Shown: positions 1 to 12,700 of the stretch, piece by piece | Numbering within the stretch: position 1 is the stretch's first letter | Layout: the number at the start of each line of letters is the position of its first letter | Assembly (NCBI GenBank): GCA_905331295.1 | Contig: CAJNYD010000242.1 | Coordinates: 124,001 to 173,422 of the forward strand | DNA: 49,422 nucleotides | Direction: 5' to 3' | DNA from: Rotaria socialis | Taxonomy: Eukaryota | Notes under the pieces: model-generated | The model's database searches: none | Told to the model about the DNA's origin: nothing | The model's input: the letters and a program-made list of their open reading frames with translations, nothing else | Program-made: the position numbers and the translations under genes

Positions 1-1
1 A

Positions 2-1413
2 TACCTGTATTTGCCTCCAACATTGATCTATTTCTTTTTGAATACATCAAATTCTAAGAACGGCTCATTGGAGGAAAGATATCAACTATTTCGACAAAGC
101 ACGCGTTTATATTTTCGAACTTCTATTAAAATGATCGGATAGATCTCCTTGCCATATGCAAAAAAAAAAGATCGACAATCAATATCACTGCTAAATAGTT
201 AAGCTATTCTGATGGAATACATGTTCAACTCGGTGTCACATAATTTCGAAGAATTGGCGATTCTTCATGTTCCAAGATGTAGCTAAGAAAAAGCGATTGA
301 TCTCGTCAAGGAGTCTCAAAATGATCATATCGTTTGTATAACAACACTCACGCTTGCAAAAATAGCTAAGTAATCCTGTAAATTACACACAACACCATGC
401 CATAAAGAAAGATGATCATCTAATAAGAGCGTAAGATATTCCTTATATCAAATATTGACTAATGAATTAAATCTTCTTACATTAATTACCTGTATTTGCT
501 TCCAACATTGATCTATTTCTTTTTGAATATATCAAATTCTAAGAACAGTTCATTGGAGGAAAGATACCAGCAATCAATATCACTGTTAGCTAGTAAGTTT
601 ATTCTCATGGAATACGTATTCAACTCGGTGTCACAAAATTTCGATGAATTGGCGATCATGCATGTTCCAAGATGTAACTAACAATGGAGTTGTTTGTATT
701 GATAAGTAAAAAGATAGGTCATCTTCGGATAAAATGAAAGCTCTCATCGCGAAACTAACCAGATTAAAATATTAGCTCCCCTTGGCTTGTCTAGAGGGAG
801 ATATTCGATTTTTCAGTGAATTTTCTCCACAGGATCTGCTTTCCCAGCAATATCATATTTTCGAATTTGGACTTGAAACTTTGTATGCATGAAGGTCTGA
901 ATGAGACTAGTTTACAGGAAAAAAATCAGAAGTTTTGGACAAACTCTCTTCGAGATATGTCTCAAGCATACCGCTTCTATAGAAATCGTCAATATTTTGA
1001 GAGATTCATATCTCGAAGAGGGTTTGTCCAAAGCTTTTGATTTTTTTCCTGTAAACTAGTCTCATTGAGACCTTCACGCATACAAAGTTTCAGGCTCAAA
1101 TTCGACACTGAAAAATCGAATATCTCCCTCTAGGCAAGCCAGTGGGAGCTAATATTTTAACCTTGTTAGTTTGGCGGTGAGAGCTTTCTATTGATGTAAA
1201 AATATCTAGTCTTTTCAACTTACAATACAAACACCTTCATTGTAAGAAAAAGTGATTGATCTCTTCAAGGAGTCTCAAAATTATCATATCGTTTGTATAA
1301 CAAGGCTCACGCTTGCAACAATAGCTAAGTAATGCTGTAAATTACACACAACACCATGCCATAAAGAAAGATGAACATCTAAAAAGAGCGTAAGATATTT
1401 CTTATATCCAAAT
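2..1413. repeat. Local tandem duplication: copy 1 about 2-453, copy 2 about 487-1413 (copy 2 has a ~95 bp deletion and a MITE insertion)
   Basis: TACCTGTATTTGC(C/T)TCCAACATTGATCTATTTCTTTTTGAA... starts both copies. Similarity continues through CATGTTCCAAGATGTA and GGAGTCTCAAAA...GTAAGATATT. No recognisable intact ORF. Confidence 0.85.
682..1242. mobile_element. Foldback MITE with TAA target-site duplication (PIF/Harbinger/Tourist-like)
   Basis: Almost fully palindromic: CAATGGAGTTGTTTGTATTG... / ...CAATACAAACACCTTCATTG, with inner arms GAGACTAGTTTACAGGAAAAAAATCA / TGATTTTTTTCCTGTAAACTAGTCTC. Flanked by TAA at 679-681 and 1243-1245. The paralogous copy (~278-300) has the empty site with a single TAA. 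Confidence 0.85.
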
Positions 1414-1514
1414 TTTAGATAAACTGTATCGATAATCTTGATAAATTACTCACCAAAGTCAAATTGTGTCAACCAACAATAGCCGTAAAATTTACAATGA
1501 GGCTTTTTGTGTTG

Positions 1515-1664
1515 GTACGATGGAAAAAGACAGAAAGGAAAGATATCGAAAACAAAATTGAGGGCTGAAAATGTGTATGCAAGAGTGAGGGTGATGCCTT
1601 CGATATTTTTATTTTCGACATTTTTCCTTTCGATTTTTTCATTTCTGTCTTTTCTCATCCATTC
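1515..1664. mobile_element. 150-bp MITE with 9-bp TSD (Mutator/MULE-like)
   Basis: Imperfect TIRs GTACGATGGAAAAAGACAGAAA / TTTCTGTCTTTTCTCATCCATTC with G...C ends. Direct repeat TTTGTGTTG at 1506-1514 and 1665-1673. Confidence 0.7.
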
Positions 1665-3250
1665 TTTGTGTTGGCTTTAACAAGTTTTATATATTGGGAG
1701 ACTGTTTGCCATTTTATTGACTAGCTTGTATGCTGTTTTTGGAAGATATCAACATTTTACTGTTCTTATCTTTTTTTGTTTCTGGCTTATTTGATCAAGT
1801 ATCAACTGCACACTTATCAAAAGTAAAACATTGCAGATGATAAACACGCTAGCAGCGAGTTTAAACAGGAAAAAGCACACAAGTAAAGCTAGTACGACAT
1901 TCGAGTATTTTCAGTTTTGATTTACTCCCCAGTTTGCGTTGGATAGAGAACTTCATTATTCATGGAATGGTTAGCACTTTGATGAAGATAATCGTGCAAA
2001 AAACATGATTTACTTTAAGAAGCACTCACCTTTCCTTTTGTACTCAGCAGACATAAACAAAGTATTTCTGCAACCAAACTCACTTACAGGACTATTCTAG
2101 CTCACACATACTCTCACGCACATCCCAAGGAGAATCATTCCTAGAATCGGATCCGATCGAATTCGTTATGGAATTCATCCACCTGGGTATGGAAAAACTA
2201 AATTTCTCAATAAAATTTCTTTCAAAAAAACAGTTTCCTATCGCTGCTAATGCATTTTCAATGAAAATAAACGCTTTTTATTATCAAAATATTTATTTTA
2301 TGAAATTTTACAAGTCTCACATGCTTCTGATTAGTTCTCACTTTGATTATAAGATCTTCGAAAACTATATGAATTTCAAGTTTTCTGAACAAAGATAATG
2401 ACAATGGGTAAGAAGTAGCAATGAATTGAAGTGTGCGCCGACATGCACGACCGAAAAACAGAATTTTTAGTACTAGTACTCAGCGGAGTCACATTTTTGA
2501 CTCCGAAAAGAACTTTTTTCTCATAATTCAATAGTAATTGTCTCACACAATAAAGATTGAAAATCTGATCACATTCGTATATTGTAACCGTAACATTTAT
2601 CTTTATATATGACAAATAAGTAATATACTTGCATACTACATTTTGAGCTAAATGCGTTGCAGATACACATCAAGAGCTGAACTCTAAACGTCCGAGAAAG
2701 TATGTGCGTTTGCACGCGTTATTAAAATTTTTTGTCTGCTTGGGTAAAAACAGGCGTCTTTGTTTAAGATATTTTTTTTAAAGCTGGGCTAAGCTAGTTT
2801 GCTATGCCTAAAGCAAATAAAAGGAAAACTCAATTGCATGCTGCAAGAACTTGTCGCGAGCCAAATGTGAAGGCTTTGTGTTCAAGCGATTCGTCAAATG
2901 ATGAATATTGATGATAAACGTTAACTGACATTGCTGATGTATTAAAATTGTTCTTCAGTCAACTCTGCAAAAGATCAGTTCAATCACATCGTAGAATATC
3001 AAATACGAATGTAGACGAAGACTAATGAAATTTTTTTTCTATTTGAAGGTTTTCATTATGCACGTCTTCATTCATAATATAAAGCCAAACATAAAGAGTG
3101 ATGAATCTGTCCATTAAAGATAAAAAAGATCGAATAATATCGGAACGCGATGTTTTCCCAGAGAATGTTTTCCAGAGACCCTCTGAAGATCCTGAAAAAA
3201 TGTCCATTCGATCCGTCAGAACTTTTTACCCATCTGAGTAGAGTTTTACT

Positions 3251-4252
3251 TAGTGGCGTAATCAGGGTAGGGCATGGTTGGGCTCAGCCCAACCACCGGG
3301 GCTGTGCGCCCTACCACCGGTCGTTTTTAGAAAATTTTTATTTTTGTAATGCTAGGCAATAAAAAACTGCACGATTGAATTCTCTCTGATCTCTTCTTTA
3401 GTTGATGCTAAAGCTTTTTGCATTGCAAATGAAAACTAATTTCTCCTCATTGTGCAATGAAATTTAAGTTCTGAAGCAGATGCTGAAAAGTTAAAAGTTA
3501 AACAGTAATAATCTCTCTGTTGAGCCATTTTCGAAGCAGAGAATAATGTAGAAAACCACTTTTAAATGTACATAAAAACAGACAAAAATTCAGAAAAAGT
3601 AGGTGTGCTTGTATGACAATCGGGGATCCTAATAATGAGCTGAAAACGGCCACTTTTCGCCTCTTATTGTGCGTTTGAAAGCGTTTTCAGCCAAAACACT
3701 TGAAAATGCATTGGAAAACGACAAAAAGAGGTGACTGTTTTACGTACTTCAGAACACGATTTATGATCTCCTCACAGATAACGACTCTGAAAAAACGACA
3801 ACTTACTGTCTTTTTCTAGTGCACTTACTGTGAATGTATTTACAAGATTTTTTGACTGAAAACCCGTTTAAACGCACGGGAAGAGCTAACAATGATCATT
3901 TTCCGCTTCAAAACGCCCGCACATAATACAATATCGAATACTTATAGAGTGATTTACTCGTTTAGAGGTAGAAAACGAGTTCAACATTCATTTCAAAAAG
4001 CTAATGGAAAATTTTGCTGACTTCCACCAAAATAGTAAATTATTTTACAGTAAAATCTTGTGAATCATAATTTGTGATTCTTTATTTCCGTTTAATAAGC
4101 AAATAAAACATCATTAGAAAAACGTTTTTCAAGTTGAATACATTATTGTATTCTTATTCTATGAAAAGAAAGTCATGCATCATCAAACATATCGTTTTGG
4201 AAAAACCTTAGGGCTCAGCCCAACCACCCGATAAATCCTGGTTACGCTACTA
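3251..4252. mobile_element. Non-autonomous hAT DNA transposon
   Basis: TIRs TAGTGGCGTAATCAGG / CCTGGTTACGCTACTA (2 mismatches). Perfect 8-bp TSD GTTTTACT at 3243-3250 and 4253-4260. Subterminal GGGCTCAGCCCAACCACC near both ends. Confidence 0.88.
3637..3908. mobile_element. Decayed foldback/MITE-like inverted repeat nested within the hAT element
   Basis: Left arm ...GTGCGTTTGAAAGCGTTTTCAGCCAAAACACTTGAAAATGCATT is reverse-complementary, with mismatches, to the right arm AATGTATTTACAAGATTTTTTGACTGAAAACCCGTTTAAACGCAC. No clean TSD. Confidence 0.55.
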
Positions 4253-5229
4253 GTTTTACTAGATTTGAATAAAAACAGATAGTTTATTCGAACATGACCT
4301 TCCCGTTTATGCTATCATATTCTATCTTACCAGCAAAAACGAATTTCCTCAACATAGGAAAGAAGACAAAAAAAAGTGGCCTGCAACTTGATGACTGGTG
4401 GTATGATGAATCGAACACGATAAAATATTTGACTCCATCACTTACATAGAAAAACTAGATAGGCTTTCAAAATCGACAAATCGCTAGTGCACTGGGCGTG
4501 ATTTGAAGTGCCATCACCAATAAAATTTTGGGTCTAGAGTCGATTTAAGAACTTCTTTATAGTCAATTTTTAATGCTGAATCTGAAACAAATAGCTTCAC
4601 GAGCTGAAACAAAAGAATTCAGCAGAGAATTTTATGTCTTTTTTGAAAAGATCTGCTTTTTTCAGCAGACGACACCCTTCCAGTATTGTGTAGTTTTCGA
4701 CCGGAAGAAAGCATTTGCTAAGATTAAAACATGGATTTTTGTGATCAACAGCTCACGCTCTATCAAATCATGTAAAAGAAAACGAAAAACAAATTTCACT
4801 CGAAGTTTGAATTGCTTGCACCTTTCATAAAACATCGCTGATAAGAATTCTAACGGCCATGTCTCGAGCGTTTTCTTTCTGTGTAGACATTTCATTCGGA
4901 TTAAAAAGATATGGTCTCAACCAAAAATATTTGCTCTTTGCTGATAAGAGCCAGCACGTTAATATTACACAGACTTATTATGCAAATCGTACAGTATGAT
5001 GCTTGAATTGACTTCATGATCAGTTTCTTTTTTAGAGTAAAGTAATTTTTGATTATTTTTATTCAGTTTCTTACAATCTAAAGCCTTCTTTAATTTCATA
5101 GCAATGTTGCAATATCTGCTGCGAGACAGTTTAAATTTTGTCTTTTGTGCTAATGTTTGTTCTCTTATATATTTTATAGATATTTGTTAAAGATTGTTAA
5201 AAAAAATCATATTTTTCTGTAAAATTATC

Positions 5230-7275
5230 CTATTCAATAGTTATTCGTTTTCGAAGTATAGATTGTTGCGTAGTTGGACGAGGTTTAACTGTTGGAAGTT
5301 TGACACTCATGTCGCGATGTGGTTGTCTTGGCAGAAACGTTTTTTGTCTTGACATTAATACAGTCTCACCAGTTACTGGCTCACGTACACATTTTGTACG
5401 TTTTCGTTCTCGAGGAGGTATCCATTGATTCGCTAACAACTCATAAACTGCGCCACCGACGATAACACCACGATTATTTGGTAAAAATCGAACGAAACAA
5501 GATAAATCATTGACAATCTAAAGAAAATAAATGTATGAAAAGAGTGAGAAAACAAAAAGTAGACGTTTTTCTTTTTGAATACCGAAAGTCGATGTAAACA
5601 ATCATTGCTAAATATATTCCAAACGCGAACAGTATCATCATCAGTACTAGCTAATATAGAGCCATCATCATCACGAAATGTAATGGCTTGAATCCATCCT
5701 GCATGACCGAAAAGACGAACTCGTACACGATTTGTTTCAAGTTGCCAAATCACAATGACCTTATCCCAACCGGCTGATGCCTATTGAAGACAAACATATG
5801 TAAGAATAGATAATAGAAATTAACTTCGAAGGTACAAACTAGATATGGTAAAGTTGAAAAAGCTAATGCACGAACATTTCCAAAATGTCCTCGAAGCATA
5901 ACTGGTTGCGATGCTGATGGATTGTCAAGATCGTACAGAAAAACAACATGATCATGAGACCCAGTCGCCTGAAAAATATTAAATTAATATTGTTTATTAT
6001 TTCTACTCTGGTCAATTTCAAAAATGAATCCCAAATAGATAACGAAGACTCGTAAGTATGAGAAGAGATAAATACGTTATGCTATTCATCAAGTTAGGTC
6101 TCCTCTAATTATTAAATAAAGGAGGAAACATCGGATTCGCATCTGATTGTTATGTGTACTGCAAAAACTGAGTCGATTTATATATATTGTGAACAATTCT
6201 GAGAAAAAAATGTTCTTTGGAAAAAAATCCCCGCCCCCCCCCCCCCCCTCAGGGATGGGCTGGTCAATAATGACAATTTTTTCGATAACTCAGCCATTTC
6301 TTGACGGATCCTTCTCATCGTCGAACTCGACTGAAATATTGACGGTATCATTTTGTGTACAAAATTTCAAGACAATTGGATGAGGCTTTCAAGAGTTATC
6401 ATGGTGATAGACAAACGGACGGACACACTGACTGAATCTAGAGTGTACTCACTTTTTGAGTACACAAAAAAGAAAAGAAAATCCTCACGATGCTAGTATA
6501 ATATTGAAAGAAATCTTAACAAATTCATAAAAATAAAATTATAAAAGGAAGCTTTTGTAAGTGTTCCTCAACATAGAAACAAACATTCGTCTCTTCGTTT
6601 TTAAAACACAATTAGCAACAAATAGAAATAAAAATCGTTCTTACCATTAGATTTAGTTTGGGATGGAAAGAAATCGACTGTACTGCGCTTGTATGATGAT
6701 GAAAATCGTAGACCTTTTCACCTGTCTATAAATAAATAAATATTTTTTAAATCCAAAGATAATTAGATCTTTGAATCTCGTTCTTACTATAACATTCCAT
6801 AGTATTGTTCGTGAATCCCATCCACCACTTCCTATTAGTTGATTGTCTGATGAAAAATGAAGACAATCCGATGCATGCGTATGACCTGAAGAGAATTAAT
6901 ATAGAGAAAAATTTGGTTTCTAGTAAAATATTTCCACCGGAAAGTGTATATATCAACGAGCCAGTTCTTGTTTCATACAAACGAACATTAGTGTCATTGG
7001 CAGTTGATGCAAAATATCTATCATTATTCGAAATAGCCAATGCTCGAATAGAACCTTAAGTAAATATGTTCGTTTTGTAATCTATTTTTTTTGTTCATTA
7101 ACATGCCTGATTTTTCTTTTAATTTAAATGTCAAATGATCGAATACTGTATTCCATAAACGAATAAATCCATTGATTGATGCTGTAAGAAGTATTTCAAA
7201 ATCTTTTGACAATACAAGACAATTTATTTCATCGTCGTGTCCACCATATAAAGAAATGTTACGATGAGCGAACAT
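5230..7275 (-). CDS. WD40-repeat protein (7 exons)
   Basis: Spliced model gives repeated GH...WN/WQ motifs: GHDDEINCLVLS...IRLWN, GHTHASDCLHFS...GSGGWDSRTILWN, HHTSAVQSISFHP...ATGSHD, GHFGNVRALAFS...ASAGWDKVIVIWQ, GHAGWIQAITF...DTVRVWN. Introns are mostly ~50-60 nt and the first is probably GC-AG. Confidence 0.85.
6124..6466 (-). mobile_element. DINE-1/HINE-like (Helentron-associated) non-autonomous element, in a WD40 gene intron
   Basis: On the minus strand: 5' hairpin GTGTACTCAAAAAGTGAGTACAC, then CTAGATTC, GTCC repeats, 3' subterminal inverted repeat ...GCAGTACAC and a 3' stem-loop ATCAGATGCGAATCCGAT. A near-identical copy lies at 20234-20557. Confidence 0.75.
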
Positions 7276-8425
7276 GCTTTCTTTCAGTCCCACGTGTATG
7301 TTATCAAATATGAGTTTTAATGTTTGTTGTTGTTATTGTTTGGCTTTGCTTCTCGTAATATTTTTATTCTCTGTCATGTCGTAGGAAGCGAACGGCAGAG
7401 AGCGATAATACAATACTTGTCGATTATTTTTCTTTTCTTGCTGGCATCTTTCAGTCGTATTACAATTTTTTTCCATCAGATTCATTAGGCAAATACAGAA
7501 CATTCCTCCAAGGTGAAGATGATGAATTTTGGAACGAAAATAAAAGATTGAAAAAAAAATTCGAGTGAAAAAAAACTACAATAATACTCGAAAGATTGTT
7601 GATTTATAGGATTATACTATTCTAGTCCCGAACAGAAGACGATCAGTGGCATCACAAGATTTTTAATACTATCAATGTTGAATATAATTAAATTCTTACT
7701 GAATAATTGTTATTCATATTACAAAAGAGGCATGTGACATTGCAAAAAAATTAAGTCCTAGAACATTTGTAGTCTATCTTGCTTTCTACAAGGTCTGCCC
7801 GAAGGTTTTGCCCTGCTTCTGAATTTTTTCAATTCAAATGTTGACATGTCGCCTCATTATTTACAAGTATACCGACGAACTGTTTTTCATTTCAGTTACA
7901 CATACTTGCACAAAGTGTTAATTTACTGTTATGAAACTTGAGTTTGTTCAATGAAGACCTTGTCTCAATGAAAAATCATTGCATTCATGTCATCGGTAAT
8001 ATTGATAGTCAAATATAAATATCTTTATCTGTTATTATTATAAATTTCATGGCGTATCTCTGGTCGTGTATGTTCTATTTCTTATCGTGATTACATTTTT
8101 TTGCACTGTGTGAATCAGCATGATACAGTAGAATATAATTCCTGTTTGAAAAATATTGATCATGATAAATACATCTTTATTTTAATTTATTATTAATGTT
8201 ACACTGCGACACTTTAATAGAATTAAATCTATTCGAATGATTAATCAACTTGATTTCATCTGCAGTCTACTTTGTGATTTTCAGTCTTGGCTGTCAGGTA
8301 GATCACTCCAGAAAACATTGGAATAATTAAATTCAACACACACAGTTTTTGTTTTTTTGCATTCTGTAAGTTTAACTTTATTTGTATAACTATGCAACAA
8401 AAAATAGTTTCGTTCTTTTTTTGAA

Positions 8426-9393
8426 TCAAATAATACCATGTTTTACTTCTAGTTGCGTTAGTTTATCGTTAATATTATTAAAATATTGTAGTCGAGCTAA
8501 AATTTCTGTAGCTTTTGTTAAATCCATTCTGTTTAAGGCATTCGACAGTTCTTTGGTGTGATCATCAATTTTTTGCCGTATGTCAATAGCCAACTCCGTA
8601 GGAAATGTTTTCTTATCAGCATTTGCTTCAATCAAATCTTCGTTTATTTCCATGATATAATTGAGAAAACTGGGTTCAAGTTGAACGGATGATTCTTCTA
8701 TCGTTATGTTTTCTAGTTTAAGTAAATAATGGGCACGAGACAGTGGACAAGACAAAGTTTTGTAGGCACCATTTAGTGCAGCTGACTGTTCTTGAGAATA
8801 TCTTTTTTCAATCTAAAATTTAAAATATTTTAACAAGAAAGAAAACGAATTTCCACCAAATTGATTTCTACTTACTCACATCAGATTTATTTGAATACAG
8901 ATCAGGATGTAAATATTTCATTTTATTTCGAAACATTGTTGTCAATCGTTTCGTATCAATTTCAAATGAACGCGATAAATCAAATAGCCGAAAATAGTCG
9001 ATTTCCGAACAAACCGGTAATAGAACACGTTTTTCACACGGACAATATGATAGACACTCATTTCGATCAAGTTCACGTTGACATTCCCAACATTGTTCTA
9101 TCAACGGTGCCGTATTGATCGATGAACGAGGAATCACAATCAGTTTTAGCAAACTTTAACAAGAAATAATTTAAAATTAAACAATCTCAAGTACCAATAT
9201 TATGCATTTGGTGTAGGGCTCTCCTGAATAGTATCGATCAAATATGTTCTACTATTCATGTAGTTCGATCTCATTCAACTTTACCGACTAAATGCAGTAG
9301 TAGGAATTCGAAACGTCACGGAAGTTAGGATTTTGCATTACAAATATATAAAAGAAACCTGAGCCATAGAATTTGTCTACAATGAAGTCTCAT
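8426..9393 (-). CDS. HSCB: Iron-sulfur cluster co-chaperone HscB/HSC20, mitochondrial J-protein (3 exons: 9393-9359, 9153-8880, 8812-8426)
   Basis: CWEC...CPC zinc motif, J-domain DYFRLF...YLHPD, SAALNGAYKTLSCPLSRAHYLL, and a C-terminal domain with FLNYIMEINE and ARLQYFNNI. Exon 1 (MRLHCRQILWL) is inferred from splice phase and is less certain. Confidence 0.9.
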
Positions 9394-9726
9394 ATGGTTT
9401 TGTCGATTTCCGAATATCTTTACAAATGAAAAGGTTCCAATTTTGAGTAATATGTCCATCTTGATTTCTAATTGTGTCAGTATGAGATAAAAAATCAATG
9501 AATAGTTATTATTCTATGCGATTGACATCGAGAAGAATTCCAAACAGTAGATGATCTAAGAAAAAATCCTTACCGATGATGAAATAATCTTATAAACATC
9601 TAAAAAAGCATTGGCCAGTACACTTAATCAAATCGAAAGAGAAAAAAAATGATTTTTTTTAAATATTACGAATAATCAAATCAATAATTTAAAAAAGAAA
9701 AGTAGTGAAACAATTTCAAATATAAT

Positions 9727-12700
9727 CTATTCAGTTTTTGATGATGGTACAACAAAAATATGTGTCGGTATTGTTTTCTCAATTGATTCATCGACATCTT
9801 GGGATTGCGGACGAATCATTGATAGTTTAAATTTTGGTAATTGAACGAAACCACAAAGTGTTGCGACTAATGTATACGTAACATCTGATGAACTGTGCGG
9901 TGGAACAAGTAAAGATGTCTAAAATTTCATAAAATGAAAACAAGACGTAAATGAAAAATATAAAATTTCATTAATTTACCACTGTACTACCGGAGACAGC
10001 AACAACTACATTAATTTGTTCAAGATTAACTTTATATTCATGAACAATATTTGATCGATTATGTATACGATAATTGATTTGAAATGGTTCTTGTAAAGGT
10101 ACATTATTTGGTATGTTAACTTCAATATAAACTTGCTGTTGTTCAACATTAAAATCCGATAATGAAAATGTTGTACATAATTCCGGAATGTTTGGATGGC
10201 TCGATCTAAAATAGTAAATAATTAGGTTAGGAATATTCCAAACAAAAAAATAAAAGCTACTAACCGCTTCCAATATAAACTGTATTCACCGACAAGAAGA
10301 TTTTGAACAATAGGCGCAGCAATTGGTTGAGTACGAAGACAAAAACCTTCAGCTACTACTTCATCTAATTTCAGTTGTACTAAAATCATATGAAAGAAAA
10401 TCTTTTTGCATTTCGCGATCAATAAAACCACACGATTTTTATAAAAGTCATTTCATTTCATGCATATTAGCTGATAGTTAGCTGGAAAAAATCAGTATTT
10501 TGACATTTCTCGTAAGTCTAAGGACAAAAGTAACTAAGCCTGAAATAGCTCAATTCATATTATATATGTTACAAAAGGTTTTGAATTGCTAAGAAACAGA
10601 AATAGAACACATGTTTGAGACAAAGCTTTGGAATATTCCTTCGCGAATAACATGAATCTTGAAGTCAAGTAATTCAATCATCAAAATTTATTTACCAAAC
10701 ACAAAATAATTCTTGTTTGATATCGTGTACGATACTCTAGTGAAAATGATGGCGAATGCATATAATCAAAGATTCCCCGTTAGTCATAATTTCATACAAT
10801 AAATAATTCACACATTGACTCTGATAAAGTGCCAAAAACTACTTACTATTATCGATTTGTGATTCAATTGCACAATCACTAATAACAAATTGACTCTAAT
10901 AGATAAAATAAATTGTTATTTCCTTTTTTTCCAAACTCTCATCCGAATCAAAACTCACAGGTTTAAAACTACTGTTAACAATTGTAATTGGTATAATTGA
11001 TGTACATCTCGTATCAATCATTAAAATAAATGGTTCCTGAGCACGTAATGAAGCAAGAGGTTCCATCTTAAAGAAAATGAAATTTAAAAAAATTCAAGCT
11101 ATTGTTTCGTTTACCATCATTCCCATTGTTTGAAATTGAATAGAAAACGGATTGACAACAGATAATTGAATCGCGATTTCTTTCATACAATGTAAATTTA
11201 ATCGTTCATAAGAGAGCTAAAATAATCCTTATGTACATTATTTGAAAACCAAATAAAAAACAAAACAAACCCTAATAGTAATTTCACGAGGACGATTATT
11301 ATTGCATCTTACATATAAATCTTGATCAATCTATCAAGTTAGCAAGAGAATAAATAGATATTTTATATTTTTAAATTAATTGTTTTCTACTTCGGCAGCT
11401 TCAGTAATTGTATCTAATTTGATTGAGCATGCATGTGCTGTTGTTTCAGTGTTGCTATCCGCTATTGAATAAGAAAGAAGACCTATGCAGATGCATGATA
11501 AATCTATTAGATAGGAAACTCAATAAATATTCAATATTACTGTCATCCGCTGTTGCAGCGGTATCATCTGAACTTGAACACGTACAAGTCAAACTAAAAA
11601 AGAAATTTCTCTGGTTTAGATTATGATCGTTTGAAATCTTACGTTGCTGAATGAATATCAACATTTTCACAATTTTTTATTTTAATTTTAATTGGATAGG
11701 ATTCATAGAGAAGTGCAGGTAGTTGATGTTCAACAGTTAATTGAACTTCCGCTGCTCGCATAATAATACTGAAAACAATAGTTTTATGGTCTGTTCACTT
11801 TTAAATATATCTATACTTTATTTTTCGTCTCATTGGTAAATTTTTCCATAGAACATGGCCAGCTTTTGTACGCCATCTGGGTGTAAGAAATGTTTGTTGA
11901 AACGATGGAGTCGTGTGTAAACTTGTTCGCCATTGAAAATCAATATGAGTTTGATCGACTGAACCATAGATCAACGAAACGGATGTTATCTAAATAGAAT
12001 AATGCATTTTAAAATCTTTCAAAGCAAAATTCTGCTTTTCTTTTACTTCAAGTAACAGTTGAACATGATCACTTTTCGGTGCAAAATTAAAAGATAATAT
12101 TCGTTGTTCATCTGGCAAAAATGTCAACTGTGCTATATCAGTAACATGAACTAAAGTGTTGTATTCTTTTAAATTAAAATTCAACGATAATTGACTAAAT
12201 TCAATAGGTAATGGGAAACCATTTCTAAATATCAAGAAAACAAAATGAATTAATTTTTTATTACACTATAAAAAAGAAATTCTCTTTACTTTAATGCAAC
12301 TTGAAGAATAATTTCACTATCAACAGATACAGCTTCGTGCGTAAAATAAACTTTACATTCCACTAGAAATAAGCAGATAATTTCAAAAGAAAGTTAATTT
12401 CGAATAAAATTCCTTACGCAGTCCTTTAAATGCATCGGCGTCGATAGGAATTACTTGTTTTTCAAGTAATGCTTTCCATTGTTCATCTTTCGATGACATC
12501 GTAGATTCCACTGGCGGTAAAATATTCTTAAAATATAATTTATTGTTAGACAAAAAAAGAGCGTCTAGAAAATTTTATTTATGATTTACTTTAAGAATGA
12601 AATTTTCAAGATTTATTTGAGTTTGATTTTTTACTTGACTTGATAAATTAATATCTGTAAGTGAAAATTCTAGTGTATTTCAAAACGAACAGCAGATATG

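Noticed and set aside
2484..2505. Perfect 8-bp hairpin CGGAGTCA/TGACTCCG
   Set aside because: Isolated, and no element boundaries could be defined around it.
4462..4500. GFQNRQIASALGV, a helix-turn-helix-like fragment resembling a Tc1 transposase N-terminus
   Set aside because: Only 13 codons, with stops nearby and no DDE domain or TIR pair found.
7787..7963. Mariner-like terminal sequence TACAAGGTCTGCCCGAAGG
   Set aside because: Only a 9-nt inverted match was found and no TSD.
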